Origin: Octopus sinensis
Taxonomy: Eukaryota
Assembly (NCBI RefSeq): GCF_006345805.1
Contig: NC_042999.1
Span: 48,050,001-48,114,000 of the forward strand
Direction: 5' to 3'
Length of the DNA stretch: 64,000 nt
The translations under genes and the position numbers were made by a program. The stretch's first letter is position 1. Each line of letters opens with the position of its first letter. The notes below the pieces were generated by a model that ran no database searches, had not been told where the DNA came from, and was given only the letters and a program-made list of their open reading frames with translations. Shown piece after piece: positions 53,832 to 64,000 of this stretch.

Positions 53832-54200
53832 ACATATAAAGATACATGTGTATAGACACGCATAGGACCTCAGGAGTTAAAATATGCGTCTACGCAATAT
53901 ATTTTCCTGTTTACCTAGATGCATATCACAAAGATACTTGGTTGCATAAATAAATAATATTACTTCCAATCTACATGGTGGGATTAAAGTCAATTCAATG
54001 TAGATCAGAAAACGATTCATCATGCGCAGTTTCGTACCTTTTTCAAAGGACGTGACTCTCACGCGGATTAGGTTGCTGGCAATGAGACGCGTGTAAGGTA
54101 TATGAATTTGAAATAGTAGAGTAGTGATAAATTATTTAGGGAAATATGCTGATGTATATTTTTTTCACGAAACCATAATTGACTTCGAAACACCACACAA

Positions 54201-54267
<67 letters not shown>

Positions 54268-54276
54268 CATATATAC

Positions 54277-54326
<50 letters not shown>

Positions 54327-54583
54327 ATATATATTATATATATATATATATATATTAGTAAGAAAACAGAGGAGAATTTCGACTATCCCTACGTGATGTT
54401 ATTTGCATATATGTGTATACATATATATTGTTTGTTTATATATGTTTCTCGCATAATCTTATTTCTTCTTCTTCTCTTTCTTCTTCTTCTTCTACTTCTT
54501 CTTCTTCTTCTTCTTCTCCTTCTTCTTCTTCTCATTATTATTATTATTATTTATTGTTATTATTATTATTATTATAATTATTA

Positions 54584-54657
<74 letters not shown>

Positions 54658-54689
54658 ATTATTTCCTTCATTACAATTGCTATTGGAGT

Positions 54690-55310
54690 TTTAACAGTCC
54701 AGGCGAAATTCTTACGGGTGTTTCGTTTGACTTTACCTTGTGAATTAAAATTCTGCCGGAGTCGATTTTACCTGTTATCCTTTCGATATAGATAAAATAC
54801 GTACCACTTGAGTACTGGGGTTGATGTAATCGACTTATACCCGCGAACCAAATTTCCTGGCACTTTGCTAAAATGTTAATAAACTATATTATACAATGCG
54901 TCGAGCTAGCAGAATAGTTAGTACGCCTGACATAGAGCTCAATAACTTTTTGTCAGTTCACATGTCTTGAATCGAAACTCCACCGATGTCGACTTTACCT
55001 TTCATCATTTCGCAGTCGATAAATTATGTACTAGCTGAGCAGGGATATCCATTTAATAGACTTCTTCACTTCGCCGAAATTGCTGCCTTTGTGCTAAAAT
55101 TCAAACCAATTCTATACAAGGCGGCAAAGTGCCAGATTCGTTAGGATGCCGGACGTAATATTCAGCCGCATTTTATCCGTATTGACGCTCTCAATTCAGA
55201 TGTTGTCAATATCAACGTTACTTTTCATCGTTCCAGGTTTGATAAAATCAGTAACTGTTGAGTACTTGAGGTCAATGTAATCGACTTCCCCTCCACCAAA
55301 CTTTCTGGAC
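54690..55310 (+). mobile_element. Three head-to-tail diverged family-A-like SINEs
   Basis: Units of about 200-215 bp, each with gtcgactttacctttcatc...gataaa...gtac...gatgtaatcgactt. A fourth copy lies at about 55795-55990. Confidence 0.7.
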
Positions 55311-56556
55311 TTCTATATATAGGAGAACATATTTCTACTAACATTATATATGCTGGCTCTAACTTAAAAGAGTTGTGAAAAAGTGAATGTTTATGCGTGT
55401 TCCAGATTTCCCAGTAGCTTCCCCAGAGTGGTGTCTTTTTGTTTGTGTTTATATTACCTTTATTGATTTTAGTTCGTTTGTGTGGTGCCCACGCATTGTA
55501 GATTCAGAAATGTCATCTGGAACCACCCTCGTTGTGAGACTCACAATAACAAGATGGCCTGTGGTCAGTTGTGTTATTACTGTGTCTGTTAGAAAATTAA
55601 TCATTCCTTCATTAATGTCATTGTCTAAATTCAGTTTTCTGATTGTCATTCTAGTTTTAATTTTCCAGTCTTCCATCGATGATGACCGCGAAATACTCTT
55701 ACACCTATCGAACATAGTTCCAATAATATTTTACTTCCATTCATTGTATTTAATAGTCCTTCTGCCAACAATAGACGTGATTACATGCATCTGAAAAAAG
55801 GCGCAAAGCTGGTAGGATTGTTAGCAAAATGCACAAAATGCTTTGGCAGCATTTCCTCATGTTTATACCGTGGTCGACCTTGCCTTTTATCATGTCGGTA
55901 TCGATAAAATAAGGACCAGCTGAATACCTTTGTGTGACATGCGTCGAATAAGCCAATCCGAACTTGCTGGCCATATGCCTAAAACGGTTTAGCCAAAATT
56001 GTCATGTTATTGCATTTATTTGTATTAATAATTCTATTATTAATCAATATTATCATTATTGTAATTGCTATTTTACTTCTTCGATTATTATGTATTTTAC
56101 TATAAGTATTACTTTTGTGTTGTTTTTCTTTATTTCCAATGCGGTTATTTTTACTATTATTGTAATTCTACCCACTTGGGAAGACATGTTTTTCTGGAGC
56201 TCCATCGCTCCGCCACAACACACCTCTCTCGGACTTCTTACGCTAATTTCCTTCTTTTTATATTCTATTCGCCTATAATCATCTAAGTGGTTTTATTTGC
56301 ATACTGAAGTATATATGACACTGCGTCGCATGCTGTATTGTATTTTTGCGAACATTGCTTATAAAGGAACGACTGTATCCGCTACGTAACTGCGGCTCCA
56401 AACTTACGTAATTGATGGTTGTGACACTCAAAGGCGTGCATATTGTATAAAAGATAGCAGACAGGTGTGACTTACTCTATACTATTCCCGGCATCGCAAT
56501 GAGTGTTTGAGCAAAACATATGTATTTCACTAAGCAGTAAAGCATAAGAACTGTAC

Positions 56557-56672
56557 CTGTAATTCAAAGAGTCAGTCATGTCGCACGCAATGTCACGCTG
56601 AATCTCCTTGACAACAGCGCGAAGGATACGCTTTATAGTTTCACGTGCAAACCCTTCCGTTGATCGGATCAA
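56557..56672 (-). CDS. Candidate coding exon (116 nt) of an unidentified host gene
   Basis: tgttttgtggtttgtAG|TTGATC...TACAG|GTacag. The frame LIRSTEGFARETIKRILRAVVKEIQRDIACDMTDSLNY is open, non-repetitive, and phase 0 to 2. Confidence 0.55.
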
Positions 56673-56858
56673 CTACAAACCACAAAACATATTTCCTTTC
56701 TGACTTATTTCCCGGAAACAATATTCTCGTCTATAAAATTACTTTCAATCTATTCTCAGTACTTTTAAATACGGCTTGGCATTGAAATATTGAGACAGTA
56801 TTTTTATATATTTTTCATACAGTTTAACTTGTATGTGTATACATTCATATATATATAT

Positions 56859-56948
<90 letters not shown>

Positions 56949-58267
56949 GTAAGGAACTGGAAAATTTAATGCAAATATTCTAAGCCGGGACATTTATATT
57001 TCTCTCCGACTGTCGAACTACACACAGTACCGTGCACACCTATATGCACCCATGCCTGTGCGTTTTAAATGTGGAAAATGCGCACTACATGTCTCTTAGA
57101 AAACAAGGAAGCTAAAAGATATATTCCTTATATTTTCTTTTGCCTTTGAAGAAAGAATGTATTTGTTACTGCAGTTTTCTTAACGACTATTGTCAATTCC
57201 TATAATTAATTCACTCCTAGAATTATTCTTTAGAGGTAAATGCGTTCTCTGATGTTTGTATTTACAAACATCACGTCCAAACAACCCCGTCGTAATTCAC
57301 ATTTTTGTTCTTCACATTGGGGTTGTCTACCCCATTTTTACTTCTCATAATTGTTTTCTTGCCGTTAATGAGATATTATGCTATATCTAGAGAAAATTAT
57401 GACATTATACAACATGTGAATGTAATAATTTAATGCAAAAGCTTTAAACAGAGAATTATTATTGTTTGCACACAGTGCATGTATTGCTATTCATGTAACT
57501 CTTTTTTTTTTACATTTGCATACCCGCTGACTGATATTTCATTTACTGTTTCAGAATGACCACTCGTTTGGAAGATGGTATACGCACACGTATATGAATC
57601 TAAATACAGATATATATGTCTATGTCGTTATATGTAGATGCATATTTGCATATGCTTCTTCTAAACATGTTTCATTACAGCCATCACTATGTTCTGTTTT
57701 ACCACATTTTTTTCTCAACTTAGTTTCAGATTCTTGTAGACATTTTGGAACTATAAATTTCCTAAATCTATATTCAACGTTTACAGACATTCATAATCTT
57801 AGTTTACAGAATTTCCATAGATATGCCCTCGGCATGGTTTGTTATGTACTTTTTTTTTTTTTTTACTCCTGAGCTGGAAACCTGAAAGCAGGAAATCTTA
57901 GAAAAGTTTACAGAAATTTGAGTAATGTATGAGAAGTAGCAGAAATGGCGATTACATTACAGCTTTTAAACTGAGATTATGAAAATCTGGAGGTGTTGAT
58001 TATGTATTTAGGAAGTCCATCGTTTCACACTAAATCCTAATATGTTATACGAAATTAACAAAAATGTGTAATAATAAAAAATAATTTGAAACTTGAACTT
58101 GTGTCTTTCTCTTAAATATAACTTAGCATCTTGCGAAGGTTGATAATTCCATGCTGTTATCTAATATCTGTACTGCATCAGTTTATTACTATTACAAATT
58201 ACAATTCTGCTCGCGTCTCGTGTCCTAAGCTTGTTTTCAATTAAGTTCAAAATACTTCGACGCTTAC

Positions 58268-58292
58268 GAATTTGGAATTCGCATCTGATTCG
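58268..58292 (-). CDS. Candidate 25-nt microexon
   Basis: atttatttAG|CGAATC...AATTC|GTaagc. It encodes (C)ESDANSKF, phase 2 to 0, and fits both neighbouring exons. Confidence 0.45.
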
Positions 58293-58527
58293 CTAAATAA
58301 ATTAATAAATATTTGTTGAGGACATTGTTAAATCATTAAGTACTTGCGTATTAGCATTTACCATATTTTATTTGTATTATGAAAAAAATGCCATATTTTT
58401 CTCAGAATATTCATATTATTACACTTCTATGTTATTTTAATATACGTATTTTTTTGTGTTATGTTAAATACCATCAATTCAATTATCAGAACTACGTGGT
58501 AGCAAATATCTATATTTTCTTTGAAAA

Positions 58528-58760
58528 ATGGCGGCGAGCAGGGAGAAAAGTAAGCACGCCGGGCGAAATGCTTAGCAGTAGTTCGTCTGGCGTTACGTTC
58601 TGTGTTCAAATTCCGCCGAGGTCGACTTTGTCTTTCATCCTTTCGTGGTCGATAAATTAAGTACCAGTTACGCACTAGGGTCGATGTAATCAACTTAATC
58701 CCTTTGTCTGTCCTTGTTTGTCCCCTCTATGTTTAGCCCCTTGTGGTGGACAATAAAGAA
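58528..58760 (+). mobile_element. SINE family A copy
   Basis: Full head, central domain and tail ttagccccttgtggtggacaataaagaa. Confidence 0.85.
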
Positions 58761-59112
58761 TTTATATTTTCTTTGAAACCTCAACCAAATGAGAAAGGTT
58801 TAATAGAGATCGAAACTAAACATCTGTCAATTTTTAAACCCATCCCATTAAATTTTGTTTCACTTGTTTTGCTTTTTTTTTATATCGCGGAAGTCAGTTT
58901 TCACTTCCATCCTACTGCAGTCAATGGAATCATTTCTGGTTAAATACTTTTGAAATATATCGAACTTTATGGTGATTTTCCAAATATAAAATTTATTATA
59001 TAATTGCATTTTAAATGTCTTTATCGATTTCATATATTTTTCTTCTCCCTTACTTCATTACGAACATCTCCATCACCTTGAAAATGTCTTCTTCTTCTTC
59101 TACTTCTTTTTC

Positions 59113-59144
<32 letters not shown>

Positions 59145-59210
59145 CTTCTTCTTCTTCTTCTTCTTCTTCCTTCTTCTTCTTCTTCTTCTTCTTCTTCTTT
59201 TCCTTCTTCT

Positions 59211-59245
<35 letters not shown>

Positions 59246-59268
59246 TTCTTCTTCTACTTCTTCTTCCT

Positions 59269-59309
<41 letters not shown>

Positions 59310-59511
59310 TCCATTTAATGCTATCTCTCGTCATTTCTTTTTTCTTTTCTTCTGCCTCATGCCTACTCATGAATCATTTTTTATTATTTCTCTGTTTCTC
59401 CATTAATTTTCTATCTAGTACCATCCTTGTATTATTCTTTGCAACTCTCACGTTATCATAGTCATCATCATTGCCATCACTATTTCGTCGTCATCGAAGT
59501 CATGACCATAC

Positions 59512-59542
<31 letters not shown>

Positions 59543-61831
59543 GATGTCGTAGATCAACGATTTAAAAACAATCGGACAATGACATTGAAACCGAGTATAA
59601 GTTTTTGAAACGCAAATTCCTTCGCCACACATGATTTTCTTGTGTATGAAAACTAAGAGGCTGAGGCTAATTATCGCCTCCTTCTTCAATGTTTCTTTGA
59701 AATCAGCTTATTCGTTCCGCAGGTCTTAAACATTATTGATATTAAAAAAATATCTCGTTCGTCTTTACGTAATATTTTTGGTAGCTTTATTAAAATTTTT
59801 ATTATTGATTTAACAGCGCAGAGCAGATTATGAAGCTAACAACAATATAAGTGAAAACATTTATCAATCATACAGTAATTTAGCTGATCTTCTCAACTTT
59901 ATTTGAGTTCGTTGAGAATTGACTTAATTTTAAGCCATGGATTTACAATTCCGAAGACAATCTTAAATGCCTAAGAACTTCCTATTCAGAACATGTTTCG
60001 AATCATGCACTGGTCTACACTCCAAGGGACGTGTGTATTTTATTAGAGCTACAAGTTGGACATATAAAACATTCTGAATGAAATTTAAAACATAATTTCT
60101 CATATAGCATGTCGTAGAATACATGTCTCAGAATACATTCGTATTCTTGCGCCTATGTATTATCGGCCGTTCGGTTTAATATCACCACCTAAATATAATG
60201 TCTTTCGTGAACTCCACTGAAATGCATACATTCCTGCATACCTTCATCATAAGCCGCTGTGTTCCTTTCTCTCTCTTAATGATTCTTTTTTTCTCTCTTA
60301 ATTGGTATATAAGCAGAATGTAACATTGGGTGATGCTGTATAGGTTATGCAAGAAATGAATTTTTTACCGGATATTAACACTTAGAATGAGTATTTGCAT
60401 GAATTTTGTGTGTGCCACATTAGTTGATGTGAGGCTAGCTATCATAAAAAATGTTTTGGTCTTTGTCCATTACACATCTCATGATATACATCAATCTAGG
60501 TACTCTTACGAGAACAATGCTACCTTTTAATCCAACATAATTCTTCCCACCCAGGCCTCGTGATAACGTAATTTTGTATCTGACATCCAACACGACAATG
60601 ATTGATAAGCATGTCATATTTCTTCGCATACATAATACAACAGAAAGCTTCTAGCATGCAGCAACGATTTATTCCTCTTCCTCAGAAAATTTTGCCTCTT
60701 GTGTTCGGTCTGGTTACATCATTTCTCGTATTCACTTTAAAATATGAAGCAGAATTTTAAACATATGGAACTAAGCAAAAGCGAACACTGGGAGTATTTC
60801 ACAACGCATATGAGTACACCATTCATAGAGATCAAACAAATAAAAGAAAATCACAATATTCTATACATCTGTAAATTGTTTTACGCCTTCCATAATAGAA
60901 GCATCTATCTATTTTTTTCTATTCGCTTCAACCACGCAGTTGCGGTCATACGGAGGAACTACTGCATACATATAGATTGTCCACATATATGTAATCCGTG
61001 TCCACATTCTGTCGATTTTAATCGATGGGTTGTGGCCATATAACGTCACTCTTTGAAGGTTTAGTCGAACAAATCGACGCAATTAATTAATTTTCAGTTC
61101 TGTAATAATTCATTCCCCCAAACTAATGAGCAGCCAGTTTCTATACAGTGTATCACCTCAGTACCAGAGGAGTAATGCAAAAATCACATCCCAAAGTGTC
61201 ACGCAGTTGAACAGAAAATTTTATGTAACGTATACATAGACATAAATTACTTCGCCTATATGTGTGTATCCAAGTATAAATTTTATAATTATAACAGAGC
61301 TAGATAGTAAGATAGATATATACATAGATAGACCGATAGACAGTTAGTTAGATAGACTGTTAGATAGACATACATTCTTATAGATGCGTAATCGACAATC
61401 GCAAACACAAGCATAAATGCGTGACCTTGCATAAGATTATATGTTTGTTTTATAATGATTTCACTTGTAATAGTGAATATAGCACGTACGGTAAGCTGTG
61501 TGAGAGCTAAAACTGACACCGAACGAGAGAGTGGTGCAGAACGTATGTATATATTTTTTTCTTAACTTAAGGAATGCAAACATTATAATTTGAACACGGA
61601 TCGAATATTTGTATCCTATACTTTGACAATTTGAGAAGTGTACTCCGCCAGAAAATACGATATGTTCTAAATAAACTTGCCAATTCTTTAAAACCTGTAC
61701 TATAAGTGTGTAATATGATTCTTTTAAATTCGATAAGAAACTAAGAATGATTTCTCGCTGACTCCAAATAAAACATGTTTTGTTGCACAAATCCAAGGAG
61801 GACATGGTTTCCAAAATATATGTTCGCATAC

Positions 61832-61927
61832 CACATTTCAGTTTTCTCGTTTAGCAGCCACGATGCGATTGACGAAATCAGATATTGTTCTTTCGTCCAT
61901 TTTTTTAGTACTTTCGAATAACTCGAT
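61832..61927 (-). CDS. Candidate coding exon (96 nt)
   Basis: Long pyrimidine tract tttttcttttacttgtacctttAG|ATCGAG...ATGTG|GTatgc. It encodes SSYSKVLKKWTKEQYLISSIASWLLNEKTEM, phase 2 to 2. Confidence 0.5.
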
Positions 61928-62422
61928 CTAAAGGTACAAGTAAAAGAAAAATGCAAAAAAACAAACAAAAATAAAACGTACAGACACCTAACAATCAATA
62001 ATTCTGCGTCAGAGAATAATGTGCTGAAAGAATAAATGCAGTTAACGATGCAAGTGTATTAGTGCAGGATGCCAATTCTCCCTCACATTTTTTTCTCATT
62101 ATGGTATCAATAAGATAGTTTTTGCGGATCAGAACTTTAATTAATTCTTAATTAAACACATCAGTCGTTTACTCTAGCCTCTATCATTATTGATTCATTC
62201 TCTCACCAAATGAAATTTTATACAATAAAACTTTTTCTTTCTTTTTAACTGAAGTGTTACCTATTTTAAAGTTATGTTAACTTTTCCAACATTCACCAAC
62301 GAATCCAACACTACACAGTCTTACGCGCACGCACGGAGGTAGTCATATACATGCACATACACACAGACGGACACACGCACACATGTAGATATACACGTAC
62401 AAACATGCAGGCATACAGAGAA

Positions 62423-62464
<42 letters not shown>

Positions 62465-62822
62465 TAGCTCGTCGAAACTTCGGAGCCACCGCCAGTATCA
62501 TCCTTGTTAACGAACACTAAACATGTAATAAATATATTGAGCATTCCATCAAATCATTGCCAAATTCTTTATATTATAGCATAAAATGAACGAACATTTA
62601 TATATTATATATATATATATATAATATATATAATATATATATATATATAGATAAGAAAGTTTGTTTGGTAAAGCACGTGGGTGAATATATAAGAAAGTAT
62701 AAAGAGTGAAAAAACGACAGAAGGCTTAAATGTTAAAAAATATATATATTTGCGTCAAAATGTCTGGAAAATATCGGAAAAATTTTTTTCCTCCTTAAAA
62801 TGACATAATTTTATAATTTTTA

Positions 62823-62861
62823 AAGAAATACCGGTTTCGCAGTTAGCTCTTCAAATTTCTT
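62823..62861 (-). ncRNA. Variant minimal hammerhead in the PLE 3' region
   Basis: AAGAAAU-UUGAAGA-GC-UAACU-GC-GAAACCGGU-AUUUCUU. It has C3>U, a 2-bp helix II and palindromic ACCGGU. An unpaired N17 is lacking unless the innermost helix I pair opens. Confidence 0.5.
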
Positions 62862-62990
62862 GTGACTCAATGTTTATTTTTAATAGCGTAATCCTTGTAT
62901 TTTTGCTACGGAGAGTTCTAAATTAGGGAAAGTAGTGAGTGATTTTTTCCGGTGTAAGGGAGATAATCGCCTAAAAATTTTTTTTTTCCT

Positions 62991-64000
62991 TTAGTGTGAA
63001 TTTCTCTGTATTATTGAGTTCGGATAGTTGAGTCTGGGTTTGTACTTTTCAATGAAGAATGTTTCCTTATTTAGTCTAATTTGTGATGATGATCCGAAAG
63101 CACATTGGTAAAATGGAAAGATTAAAAATTGTGGTTGTAGTTGCTTTGCGCATTTCTCAATGTGTTCACTAAAAGGTATCATTCTATATTCTGGGAATAC
63201 AATCTGTTGTCGATGCAGTGTGCATCTACGTCTGAGTGATAGTCCCGTGGACCCCACGTAGTCTTGGTGCAGCCCGAGCATTTAATGACATAAATTATGT
63301 TTTCAGAGGCACAAGTAAAGTTAGATTTGATCTTGAATTTCTGTCCCTCTTTAAAGAAGAATTCTGATCCTTCCAATAGGTTAGGACATGTTGCACAGTT
63401 CGATCTACCACATTTTTTTACTTTTGCATCCGTAATTTTTAAGAAGACAATTTTGCCTTTGTGAGAATCTTTTTAAGTGATTTAGGCTGTTTGTAGCTTT
63501 TAATGATTTGGTGTATGTTTAGAATTTCCTTTAATTTGGGGTTTTTATGAAGTATTGGTAAATTCTGGGTGATGATGGTGAAAGCTTCTTTGTTTCTGGG
63601 GTTGTATGTAGATATGTAAGGTAGTATTTTCGGGGAAGGTGTGTTGTTGTGTTGAACTTTTCTTAAAGTTTCTATGTTGATTTCTGTTGCACGTCTGATG
63701 CCATCCTCTATGAGTTGAGTTGGGTAATGTCTGTCAATTAAGGTGTTTTTGAGTTCTTGCAGTCTGAAGTTCCTGGTGTTTTGTTCTGACACTATTGTGC
63801 ATATCCTTCTTGCAAGGTTGAAGGGGATGTTTGTTTTAGTGTGTCTTGGGTGGCATGAACTAAAAAGAAGGTATTGTTTGGCATCTGTGGCTTTGTAGAA
63901 AATGTCTGTTTCTATTATAAGGTTAATTTTTTAATTAGTATATCCAAGAACGGAGTTCCTTTTGGTTGTATTCCATTGTGAACTGTATATTTGGGTTTAT
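62991..64000 (-). pseudogene. Penelope-like element ORF, 3' part (RT C-terminus plus GIY-YIG), frameshifted; continues beyond the window
   Basis: IQFTMEYNQKEL, ETDIFYKATDAKQYLLFSSCHPRHTKTNIPFNLARRICTIV, YKQPKSLKKILTKAK, NIIYVIKCSGC and YVGSTGLSLRRRCTLHRQQI...FIEKYKPRLN. Confidence 0.9.

Noticed and set aside
59480-59689. EGF-like peptide CGEGICVSKTYTRFQCHCP
   Set aside because: The nucleotide sequence resembles a decayed family B SINE head on the minus strand, and no splice context supports it.

Overview
AT-rich, microsatellite-saturated eukaryotic DNA, mostly intronic or intergenic. The SINE families and (TA)n/(TATC)n/(CA)n density look like an Octopus-type (coleoid cephalopod) genome; this is inference from recalled repeat families, not a database result. 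Nearly all ORFs in the supplied track are microsatellite read-throughs. Recognisable content: (1) a near-complete Tx1-clade LINE on the minus strand (12550-18150; open ORF1 with a CCHC knuckle, frameshifted EN-RT-Zn ORF2) flanked on both sides by (AAT)n; (2) Penelope-like element (PLE) fragments with RT and GIY-YIG remnants, an R4/Dong-like RT fragment, mariner and maT/Tc1 transposase relics, and non-autonomous Helitrons; (3) many tRNA-headed SINEs, one family of which shares its 3' tail with the Tx1 LINE; (4) three phase-compatible minus-strand exons of an unidentified host gene (56557-61927). The most striking signal is a set of short, sequence-unrelated, largely non-coding elements that carry minimal type-I hammerhead ribozymes, are arranged as fold-back inverted repeats, and abut (TA)n tracts (about 3.1, 8.5 and 35.1 kb). 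Related hammerhead-like motifs sit just downstream of PLE ORFs (46.7 and 62.8 kb). No CRISPR array, rRNA gene or true tRNA gene was seen.
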